From: a virus
Lineage: Duplodnaviria > Heunggongvirae > Uroviricota > Caudoviricetes
Strand: one strand, 5' to 3'
IMG/VR virus record: IMGVR_UViG_2778261177_000004
Coordinates: 1 to 45,510 of that record
Length of the DNA stretch: 45,510 nt
This document shows positions 37,625 to 45,160 of this stretch, one piece after another. Numbering within the stretch: the first letter of the stretch is position 1; each line of letters begins with the position of its first letter. Below the pieces are notes generated by a model. It was not told the origin of the DNA and searched no databases. It saw only the letters and a program-made list of their open reading frames with translations. The translations under genes were made by a program, and so were the position numbers.

Positions 37625-38233
37625 GTGAAGTTAAGGGTTTTAGGGGCCGCGCTCGCGGCTATGTTGGGATGCGTATCTGTTAATACTGCCAATGCAACTG
37701 CGTTACCTGCACAATTCAGGGCAGGACAGCAGGTTATGAATAACGCTGGTGGGGATCATTCACAAGCGGCAATTATGGACTTTTGCAAGAGGGAGGGCAT
37801 TCTATTACGGCCTGTTGGAACTCAGTTTATTGGTAAAACTGACTTTTGCGTTTTTGCATATACAGCATATCTGACGGACAAAGCTATAACAAAAACAGGT
37901 TATTCAACCAAAGATACTCTTTCCAGATTAAGTCAGGGATGGCAGCAATTCGAAGTGTATCGCCAGCAAGGATTAGGTGAGTTATTGCAACCTCTTTTTA
38001 TGCTTGCGTTGGTGCCAGAGGGGCAGCAATTTTTGGTTAAAAAGGGAATGCTTCGCCAAAGTGATATTGCCGGGTTCGATAGCATGATGGCTTATGAGCG
38101 CAAACTAACCGAGCAGCGAAATAAAAAACCATCTGCTTCATGTGTGCAAAGTAAAACAGCAGAATACAGTGCAGTAGCCGGGCCTTTAGCCAAACAAATG
38201 GCAGAGCAATGGTGTAAAAAATACGGGCAATAA
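37625..38233 (+). CDS. secreted/periplasmic protein of unknown function (signal peptide)
   Basis: GTG start at 37625 with an AAGGA RBS; N-terminal MKLRVLGAALAAMLGCVSVNTANA signal peptide with an AXA cleavage site. Confidence 0.5.
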   Translation: MKLRVLGAALAAMLGCVSVNTANATALPAQFRAGQQVMNNAGGDHSQAAIMDFCKREGILLRPVGTQFIGKTDFCVFAYTAYLTDKAITKTGYSTKDTLSRLSQGWQQFEVYRQQGLGELLQPLFMLALVPEGQQFLVKKGMLRQSDIAGFDSMMAYERKLTEQRNKKPSASCVQSKTAEYSAVAGPLAKQMAEQWCKKYGQ

Positions 38234-38253
38234 GTTACGCAGCGGAGGCAGAA

Positions 38254-38646
38254 TTGAAAAGATTTGCTATTGCTTTACTGGCGTCTTTCCCTTTGATCGC
38301 GAGCGCCGGAAATTTACAAGTTAAGTGCGGTCGGTTTGATATAAAAATCTATCCAGATGCCATATTTCTGAATGGGAATAAGGTTGATAACGCACACCGA
38401 AAAACTGAATCTGACGTAATGAGCTATGTGTTCCAGTAGTATGCGGAGATGGGGGGAACTTACACGCTGTACTCGCTGGATGTTCCTTCTCGCGGTGATA
38501 TGACATTATCCCATCAATGGCAGAACGCCGATGGCGAAGCTCTGCGCGAGGTTAAAACAGAAAAATGTGGCACTTTCCATTCTTTTAAAGGGAAAGCGCC
38601 AAATGTTAAATCTGTGCTTGAAAAACAGCGCGCAGGTGATTTTTAA
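38254..38646 (+). pseudogene. secreted small protein gene interrupted by an in-frame amber (TAG at 38437-38439)
   Basis: ORFs 38254..38439 and 38449..38646 are in the same frame; GGAGG RBS and TTG start; signal peptide MKRFAIALLASFPLIASA; both halves contain a KCG.F motif. Confidence 0.35.
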
Positions 38647-38734
38647 ACTGCGTTAGAACTTTGAACATGGCGACAACACATCTTGGTGGCTGCGTTGTCG
38701 CTGTATGCTTTTATAATATAAAGCATTAAAGTTT

Positions 38735-39352
38735 TCATTTTTGTCGGATCTTTTCCAGCATATTTAATTCATTATCACTTTCTGCTGCTGAGACGGTTGG
38801 CCTCACATTTCCGAAATATTTCCTGTGAGACTCATGACTTATGTATTCACCGACAGTTTCATTCTTGAATATACGAATTTGACATATGCGAGATCCAACA
38901 ATAAGTTCCACAGGGCTATTCCCATGATTAAATAACTCTAAAGATATACAGCCTCTGTACCCTGGTTGTATCATGGTATTTAATGAAAGACCAAGCCTTG
39001 TATAGCTGCTTCTGGACAATACATCAGCGTAGCAATCTGGTGGCAAACAAACATATTCTAATGTTGTTGCCAGTACCACTTGATTCGGGTAAACAATGAA
39101 TCTATCCCCAAGATCTCTCCTTGTTTCCTGGAAAAATGTTCTGATTGGTTGATGAGTATCATTGTTTTTAGAGGGAATTAACTCTATTGACGGCTTCCTT
39201 GTCATAATAGACACTAAAAAATCGTAACCAAGTCTAAGGTCTATGGTGAAGTTCCCAATTTGGTTTTTATTTAGAAGAGGTTCAATGAACAACGATTCAG
39301 GTTCTTCTGATTCATAATATTGCAGTAATTCAGCTTTGCTTAGGAGATTCAT
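38735..39352 (-). CDS. dCTP deaminase (Dcd/dUTPase-fold) family protein
   Basis: Collinear similarity to E. coli Dcd (recalled from memory): IDLRLGYDF; SRSSYTRLGL versus GRSSLARLGL; IQPGYRGCISLELFNHGNSPVELIVGSRICQIRIF versus [34 protein letters not shown]. ATGA start/stop overlap with the upstream gene. AT-rich. Confidence 0.7.
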   Translation of the reverse strand: MNLLSKAELLQYYESEEPESLFIEPLLNKNQIGNFTIDLRLGYDFLVSIMTRKPSIELIPSKNNDTHQPIRTFFQETRRDLGDRFIVYPNQVVLATTLEYVCLPPDCYADVLSRSSYTRLGLSLNTMIQPGYRGCISLELFNHGNSPVELIVGSRICQIRIFKNETVGEYISHESHRKYFGNVRPTVSAAESDNELNMLEKIRQK

Positions 39353-40434
39353 TGTGCATTCCATTTTTCAAGAATCATTACGTTTCGAATCGATTTTTCA
39401 ACCAAATCATTTATAGTTTTTTCTATGGCTTCTTTTGACAACCCAGACCATATACCCGTAGGTTTTTCCCATTCAGAGCATAAGTACTGCCAGCTGCTGT
39501 TAATAAAAGCATGCATTTCATTGTGGTCGCGAATAACAAAAGGACGCACATTATCAAAAGCTGATTTCACATCAAGCAAAGGTGTCGGCAATGTCAAACA
39601 AGGAGAAATAATTTGCCCACCCTTATGTAAGGCTGATATCACAGCATTGAACATGCCAATAACTGGATTTTCCACTTTGTTCAAAAAGTCGCTTACAACT
39701 TTAACCCTGTTTTCTGTTGATGGGTGAGTTTCGCTTGCAGGATGAGAACCAGCTAATTTGTATAAGAAATCCACACCGCTTTCCCCTACAAATTGCGCAC
39801 TGAAAAGATCTGCAAAATACTCCCTACAGTGATTCAGCCAAATAACATCAGGTAATTTAGACCACTCAATACCTTTATGTGGCACAGGAAGCGTACCTTG
39901 ATTAATAGAACGAAAGTTTAGATTGGCAAGCTCAGAAATACCTTTGCTAATATCAACAAAGTGGCCCAACTCGTGATATAAAGGTGTTGAGCACAATGGT
40001 CGTCTTCGGTACATTTCAGGTAATGAAATCTGAATTAATTCGATATCGCATTTAACATGTAAAATTTCATTAAGTAAAGTGTAGAAATTCTTACTTACAG
40101 ACTTAAAATAAAACCCATTCATATCTGGCGATAGAGCCGTTGTAATAAGTGTTTTTTCACTTATCCATTTTTTACAGGCATCATTTAAGCAATAAACAAT
40201 CTCGTAGGGAATTTTCTTTGTAGTACTGCCAGTGAAAAAATTAACTGCATCGGTGATAAAAAAAGTACAATCAGCAATTATTTCATCGGCAACCTTCTCA
40301 TGGTTTTCATATAGCTTATCTGCTGCTTCTTGTAGAACAGCGAGATATTCATGCATGTCTTTAGAAAAATAGGGAGATTCTGAAATCTCCCTTAGCTTAT
40401 TTCGAACTAATGTAAGTTGTGTAAATGCAAGCAT
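39349..40434 (-). CDS. HExxH zinc metallopeptidase-like protein (ImmA/IrrE-like signature)
   Basis: 361 aa with LYHELGHFVD followed about 45 aa later by EYFADLFSAQF, resembling the ImmA/IrrE HExxH...E..AN.FA pattern; TAATG overlap with the upstream gene; AT-rich. Confidence 0.5.
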   Translation of the reverse strand: MLAFTQLTLVRNKLREISESPYFSKDMHEYLAVLQEAADKLYENHEKVADEIIADCTFFITDAVNFFTGSTTKKIPYEIVYCLNDACKKWISEKTLITTALSPDMNGFYFKSVSKNFYTLLNEILHVKCDIELIQISLPEMYRRRPLCSTPLYHELGHFVDISKGISELANLNFRSINQGTLPVPHKGIEWSKLPDVIWLNHCREYFADLFSAQFVGESGVDFLYKLAGSHPASETHPSTENRVKVVSDFLNKVENPVIGMFNAVISALHKGGQIISPCLTLPTPLLDVKSAFDNVRPFVIRDHNEMHAFINSSWQYLCSEWEKPTGIWSGLSKEAIEKTINDLVEKSIRNVMILEKWNAQ

Positions 40435-40739
40435 TAAATGTACTCTAATACATTCCGGGCCATTACGGGTTCTAACATATCTTCGCTAGTTACTTTGGTT
40501 AGCACCTTGGCTAGCGCCTTAGTATGGCGTATTTCTACCGCGAGCGAGATGGACTCTCTGTGAGAGGGAATCTGTAGTTGATCACCTTTATCTACACTTA
40601 AGTTTGAGGCTTCTCTGATCACCTCATAAACCCGTAACTTTAACTGCTGTGACACTTCTTGTTGAGATGCTATAAGCTGAAGTACAGTCTTGATCAACTT
40701 CAAAGAATCAGAAGCTTGCTGAGGAACCGCATAGAGCAT
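40434..40739 (-). CDS. small helical protein, first gene of the three-gene operon
   Basis: 101-aa ORF translationally coupled to the metallopeptidase-like gene. Confidence 0.45.
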   Translation of the reverse strand: MLYAVPQQASDSLKLIKTVLQLIASQQEVSQQLKLRVYEVIREASNLSVDKGDQLQIPSHRESISLAVEIRHTKALAKVLTKVTSEDMLEPVMARNVLEYI

Positions 40740-40877
40740 AACCCCTCCTTTCCCTTATCTATAACCGCTTTCTTTTTTTCTGTGTATGTTAAAAGTAGAA
40801 GCGGTTTTTACCTTTTGTAATATATATAGTGTCTAAAACTAACTTTGGCACTATATATGGCATGATATCTATGTTTT

Positions 40878-40920
40878 AAAGACACAAAAGCTCTGTTTTA
40901 ACAGAGCTTTTGTGTCTTTA
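40878..40920. repeat. perfect 43-bp palindrome (19-bp arms, aaagacacaaaagctctgtt / aacagagcttttgtgtcttta) in a highly structured intergenic region
   Basis: Perfect inverted repeat; additional inverted repeats nearby at about 40763-40807, 40822-40858 and 40949-40997. Confidence 0.6.
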
Positions 40921-41065
40921 ACTTGATCATTTTCTCGCTGAAGTGTATGTCAGGCTTAGCTCATAATCAAGTTGCTTCCAAGCTAAAAATGAGCTGGCTC
41001 CCTGAAACACTAAGAGCGGGGTGTTTCATTTATTAGCGTTGGGCCTGACGGTGTGTAGGTGAGTT

Positions 41066-41380
41066 TTAGCTCATTACTCGATAACGACGGGGAACGGAAT
41101 TATCCATCAGGTCACGAATTACTCCCGCTTCACGCAGTTCCTCTGTCTCCCAGTATCTGTTTGTCACCAGGTCAAGGCTGGCAATGACTTTATGCCGGTC
41201 ATTCGGCATTGCTTCTTTTTCAGCCATTATCATCAGTGAGAACTCTTCATCCAGTAGAATTTGATACCAGACTTTTGACAGTTCCAACTCTCTAATGAGG
41301 GTGAAGCGCCGCTCAATTGTGGCGGAAGAATAAGTGAAATCAATTTTTTTCGTGGCATACATTTTGCTGTGTCCGGTCAC
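41066..41380 (-). CDS. hypothetical protein downstream of the antirepressor
   Basis: 104-aa ORF. Confidence 0.45.
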   Translation of the reverse strand: MTGHSKMYATKKIDFTYSSATIERRFTLIRELELSKVWYQILLDEEFSLMIMAEKEAMPNDRHKVIASLDLVTNRYWETEELREAGVIRDLMDNSVPRRYRVMS

Positions 41381-41418
41381 TTAGTAGTTAAAGCCCCGGC
41401 ATGACCGGGGCAAATCTA

Positions 41419-42360
41419 TTAACTAACAATCCAGTCGGTCGCTGCTACATCTTCTGGCTGTAAATCAATCGCACAGATTTTGCCGTCGCGAATGGTGCGC
41501 CAGTTTTTCCGTGAGCCTCTTTCGGGCCATACCCAGACACTTTCAGGCCAGGATGCTCGACGGCATACGGTTGCATACCCTGTTTTAATCTTCTCTCTGG
41601 CGGTATGCAACGACAGGTTTGCCTTTGGACTTTCAGGCACAGGATGGTGAATGGCCTGAAATAGCCCCATCCTGGGATGATACCAGCGTTTGTTACGTGG
41701 TTCTGCCTCCGACATAACCTGCTTAAAGGCTTTCCGGAAGGGGGCCAGGGCCACAATGGAGCGTCTCGCGAGCAAACCATCGGGAGTTAAAAACTCATGT
41801 GTATCGGTGGGAATCCGATACGCATTGACCAGGTTACGGCATTTGGCTTCAGTCAGGCCGCATTTTGCCGCTAACTGGCGGTAGCTAATGTAGCCTTCCG
41901 GAATATTGCCTTTCTTTATTTGCTCGACGGTTTCAGCGACTTTGGACACTTGTGCCGATACTTCGGCTACCTGGGCATTAACGGCGTTGATCCGGCGTTC
42001 ATGCTCAAGATGCATTTGCGCCATTTCGGCCAAGATTTCGGCTTTTGATTTTAACGGTCCCCTGGCATTCTCCAGTTCGCGCCAGCGGTCCACCAGCCGG
42101 GCGGTGAATTCGGGAGAGAGCTGCGCGACGACAATGATGCTATCGCGCTTGCCTTGTTCGCCTTCAAAGATGTAAGCCTTGGAAAATCGACGAGGGCCAA
42201 CTGATTGTTTATTTTCAATTTCCTCAATTTGAGGAAATTGAATGACACCACCTTTAGTTAATACTTCAATGGTACGCTTCACATTATCATGACGCTTACC
42301 TACCAGTTCCGCGATCTCAATACTGGTCATTGTCGCTTTTTGAGAGATGGACAGATTCAT
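41419..42360 (-). CDS. ant: antirepressor (Rha/Ant-like N-terminal domain)
   Basis: 313 aa; N-terminal MTSIEIAELVGKRHDNVKRTIE is typical of the Rha/antirepressor family; translationally coupled (TGATG) to the upstream small ORF, as in P1 icd-ant. Confidence 0.65.
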   Translation of the reverse strand: MNLSISQKATMTSIEIAELVGKRHDNVKRTIEVLTKGGVIQFPQIEEIENKQSVGPRRFSKAYIFEGEQGKRDSIIVVAQLSPEFTARLVDRWRELENARGPLKSKAEILAEMAQMHLEHERRINAVNAQVAEVSAQVSKVAETVEQIKKGNIPEGYISYRQLAAKCGLTEAKCRNLVNAYRIPTDTHEFLTPDGLLARRSIVALAPFRKAFKQVMSEAEPRNKRWYHPRMGLFQAIHHPVPESPKANLSLHTAREKIKTGYATVCRRASWPESVWVWPERGSRKNWRTIRDGKICAIDLQPEDVAATDWIVS

Positions 42361-42575
42361 CAGTGCACCTCCACGCAGTTCATTGGCAGATTCCAGTAAT
42401 TGAGGATCTCCATCGCATCAAGAGTGAAGCGAGCAGCAAAAATGCAGGGTTCTTCGGGAAGGTATGAGCGCGCCTCTGCTTCGGTAGCAGCCATTACGCA
42501 GATATAGAGGTGTTTTTGGCAGGAATAGAAACGCCAGATAAATTCAGAATGAGTTGGGGTAGGGATAGTAGCCAT
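42360..42575 (-). CDS. small protein coupled to ant (Icd-like position)
   Basis: 71 aa, AAGGAGG RBS, stop overlaps the ant start codon; the architecture parallels P1 immI (c4-icd-ant). Confidence 0.4.
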   Translation of the reverse strand: MATIPTPTHSEFIWRFYSCQKHLYICVMAATEAEARSYLPEEPCIFAARFTLDAMEILNYWNLPMNCVEVH

Positions 42576-42589
42576 ATTGGCAGCCTCCT

Positions 42590-42700
42590 TTGACTAAGTT
42601 AAGGAGCTACCGCGTGAGGTTCCAATCTCAATGGCGGTAGCACTGACTGGGTTGGAACTACCGGCGTCAAAGGGAACCGGCCTGCCTTTCGGCAGCCCAG
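42590..42700 (-). ncRNA. candidate c4-like antisense/regulatory RNA leader upstream of the icd-like ORF
   Basis: Hairpin gctaccgc...gcggtagc with a 20-nt loop plus complementary GTTCCAA/TTGGAAC segments, directly upstream of the icd-like RBS. Purely structural inference. Confidence 0.25.
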
Positions 42701-42888
42701 CCAGCACTACCATTGATCTCTGAGCTAAACGCTAAGTATGGCTGTGCGATGGCATGACACAAAAAAAGACGCGTTCGGCGTCTGTGTCGCCTTTGACATT
42801 ATCCGGGGTTCCAATCCCGGCACCCGTTTTTCTAAGGTGCCGTAGAAATATACCCCACGATAATGCCAGGGCGCAACTGTGTGTTTTC

Positions 42889-43056
42889 TTATGCTTTTCT
42901 TTTCTTCTTTTGGGCTTGCTTGCAGGCGTAGGCCATTGCTTTAGCTTTCACTTCATCCAGCTTCCCGGTGAACACTTCTTTTCCGAGAGTGACAAACCAG
43001 TCATAGCAACCGCCAGTGATGTTCTGGATTTGAAAGTTGAGGTAGCGAACGGTCAT
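42889..43056 (-). CDS. small basic protein (55 aa), hypothetical
   Basis: Minus-strand ORF MTVRYLNFQIQNITGGCYDWFVTLGKEVFTGKLDEVKAKAMAYACKQAQKKKRKA with a G-rich RBS-like sequence 8 nt upstream; judged more plausible than the antisense 126-aa track ORF. Confidence 0.3.
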   Translation of the reverse strand: MTVRYLNFQIQNITGGCYDWFVTLGKEVFTGKLDEVKAKAMAYACKQAQKKKRKA

Positions 43057-43387
43057 TTTGACACCCCCAGCGCGAGTAAAGAATGCAGATTATCGCGTGA
43101 GTGGCGGACAACGAGTGATGGGAAAAGACAGTAGCTGTTCATAGTGTAGTGACTCCTTGCTTTCGGAGCCGCCATCGACTGTTCCACGGTCTGGTGGCGG
43201 CGCAATAAAGGTTGGAACACCGTGAGTCAACGGGGGCTTTTCAGCCACCTATATTGCACCGCCATTGGTATGGCGGCGGCAATCATACGAAAAACCAAAC
43301 GGTTTGTCTCAAAAAGTTGACCGGTGTACCAATCGGTTGTGAATGTACAACGGCGAATCTCACAATTCAACTTAAAATGTTAGAAAA

Positions 43388-43963
43388 TTAATTTATTAAT
43401 TCAGTCACCATCTGATACAACGTCATTTCATCAGCATTGTGCCGCCTGAAATCTGCTTTGCCGCCTATTTTTCCATCAGCATGAACAGGAACCAACCAGG
43501 GGTATTGCTCGCGGATCTCTGCTGGCGCTGCGTGTTGATGGTGCCATTTACACAAAGGGAGGACGTATTTATGCGCGTTCTCTGCTGTTCTTCCGAAGAT
43601 GTGGTGCAGGGATACCACAGGGCTATGCTGTCCGTGCATATGGCAGGCAATGCAGGGGAGAGCACCGATGGCAGTTTGTATCCGGCGCTCATCTGCTGTG
43701 AGTGTTCTGCCTTTCAGGCCGCGTGACGCGCGAGTTTTTTTGACAGGAGCAGAAGCGGCCTTCTCTTTTCTTCGCTGTTCATATTGCTTCGCTTTTTCAA
43801 TTTTCTTTTGCCGATATTCAGGCGATGCGGCTTTTTCTCGCGCACGCTGCTGCTGGCGTTGAGCTTGCTGAAGACGCTTTGCCCTTTGTTCCTCCCGCCA
43901 TTTCGGATCAGCCAGTTTTTGCAGGGCTTTTTGTGTCTGTTTCTCCCAATAGCTTTGCTTCAT
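43388..43963 (-). CDS. ref: Ref-like HNH endonuclease (P1 recombination enhancement function homolog)
   Basis: Strong similarity to P1 Ref (recalled from memory): KLADPKWREEQ, GALPCIACHMHG, VSLHHI.GRTA, LPLCKWHHQHAAPAEIREQYPWLVPVHADG. Start at the ATG at 43963 by alignment. Confidence 0.85.
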   Translation of the reverse strand: MKQSYWEKQTQKALQKLADPKWREEQRAKRLQQAQRQQQRAREKAASPEYRQKKIEKAKQYEQRRKEKAASAPVKKTRASRGLKGRTLTADERRIQTAIGALPCIACHMHGQHSPVVSLHHIFGRTAENAHKYVLPLCKWHHQHAAPAEIREQYPWLVPVHADGKIGGKADFRRHNADEMTLYQMVTELIN

Positions 43964-44008
43964 AGAAATACCCGGTTTGTCTACATCGCCGCTATGGTTG
44001 ATCAAATA

Positions 44009-44038
44009 TGTTAGAAAATCAAAATTGATTTTCTAACA
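44009..44038. promoter_or_regulatory. 30-bp near-perfect palindrome (TGTTAGAAAATCAAAATTGATTTTCTAACA); candidate repressor operator between ref and a divergent operon
   Basis: Centred about 60 bp upstream of the ref ATG and about 55 bp upstream of the divergent small ORF; motif also at 43378-43390, 29930-29979 and 21841-21891. Confidence 0.5.
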
Positions 44039-44079
44039 CAAAATGAAGATACTTTTTTCAGACGCTATATCAGGAGGTC

Positions 44080-44235
44080 ATGATGCTTGTCGCAATAAGT
44101 GCAATCCACCAGCAATCCGGTACAGAAATTGGGTTGCTATATGCCCTGTTTTTCACTGTCCTGGCGTTGTTTGAGCTGGGCATTGAACTCTTTGCTCTCA
44201 TCAACTTTTGCGTAACGTTCCTGGGGAAACTTTGA
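44080..44235 (+). CDS. small hydrophobic membrane peptide (51 aa), translationally coupled to the downstream gene
   Basis: Strong AGGAGG RBS 5 nt upstream of ATGATG; MMLVAISAIHQQSGTEIGLLYALFFTVLALFELGIELFALINFCVTFLGKL; TGATG overlap with the next start. Confidence 0.4.
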   Translation: MMLVAISAIHQQSGTEIGLLYALFFTVLALFELGIELFALINFCVTFLGKL

Positions 44236-44846
44236 TGTCAAAACGCATTATGAAAATTTACATCGCGGGTCCGATGACTGGTTATCCCGACTACAACCGC
44301 ACAGCGTTTTTTTCGAAAGCAAAAGAGCTGATGGAGGTAGGGCATATTGTTCTGAATCCGGCGCTGTTACCTGCTGGCCTCTGCGAGAGCGAATACATGG
44401 ATATTTGCCTTGCAATGGTGCGTTCGGCTAATGCGGTCTATTTGCTCAAGGGGTGGGAGGAATCAGTTGGCGCTCGTGCAGAGCACGAGCTGGCTCAAAA
44501 GCTGGGGCTGAATGTAATTTATGAGTCACCAACCAACATTGAATGCCAGGTTGCTCCGCATATTTACCGGGAACTGGTCAATGCACTACGTGATATCGCT
44601 GCTGTATATCACGGCACAGAACAGCTTCGTGAGCGTTTAGCCCATACCATTTCCTATTACCTGTCTGCATCTCATGAGCACAAGCTCCGTCAGAAGGTAA
44701 TGATCAAATTTATCATGAGGTTATCGAAATCCCTGGCAAGCGCCGATCCAAAGAATCCATTACCGAAAGAGGCAATGAATTACCTGAAGTCCTGCAACGT
44801 TGTTTCTGAAGATGGCGTTCTTTTGGTTAGAAGGAGTTCTGCGTGA
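44235..44846 (+). CDS. hypothetical protein with an N-terminal nucleoside 2-deoxyribosyltransferase-like (DUF4406-like) motif
   Basis: MKIYIAGPMTGYPDYNRTAFF...HIVLNPA resembles the IYIAGPMTG signature of DUF4406-type proteins; GGGGAA RBS. Confidence 0.45.
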   Translation: MSKRIMKIYIAGPMTGYPDYNRTAFFSKAKELMEVGHIVLNPALLPAGLCESEYMDICLAMVRSANAVYLLKGWEESVGARAEHELAQKLGLNVIYESPTNIECQVAPHIYRELVNALRDIAAVYHGTEQLRERLAHTISYYLSASHEHKLRQKVMIKFIMRLSKSLASADPKNPLPKEAMNYLKSCNVVSEDGVLLVRRSSA

Positions 44847-45160
44847 GCTGGCGGGGATGGGGAAGGGCAGAAATCATGATACTCCGCCAGTGCGCCGGGA
44901 CTATGACAGTCGAGGGTATTGGGAGACTGATCGGGCGTACCGGTGGTGCTGTCAGGACTAAAGCGCGGCAATTGCGGATCAGCATGATTCTGAAAGGTGA
45001 CTTTCACCAGTCAGCCAAATACCGGCAGAGCGATATAGAGCTGGCGCGGCAGCTTCATCAGTGTGGCGTTCCCCGCCGTGAGATCGCAGAAAAACTCGAA
45101 ATGCCCCTGGGCATGATTAATCAGTACGTTTATTTCGAAAGGAGAGTGCATGAAGTCTGA
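44843..45160 (+). CDS. putative HTH DNA-binding protein
   Basis: GTG start with AAGGAG RBS overlapping the upstream stop; helix-turn-helix-like segments (VEGIGRLIGRTGGAVRTKARQL; VPRREIAEKLEMPLG). Confidence 0.4.
   Translation: MSWRGWGRAEIMILRQCAGTMTVEGIGRLIGRTGGAVRTKARQLRISMILKGDFHQSAKYRQSDIELARQLHQCGVPRREIAEKLEMPLGMINQYVYFERRVHEV

Noticed and set aside
42600-42700. Possible tRNA gene (GGTTCCAATC resembles a T-loop)
   Set aside because: No acceptor stem, D-arm or anticodon arm could be assembled into a cloverleaf; better explained as a regulatory RNA leader hairpin.
42754-43134. 126-aa plus-strand ORF
   Set aside because: No RBS; low-complexity hydrophobic/Cys-rich translation. A minus-strand 55-codon ORF (42889-43056) with an RBS-like sequence is more plausible, though still low confidence.
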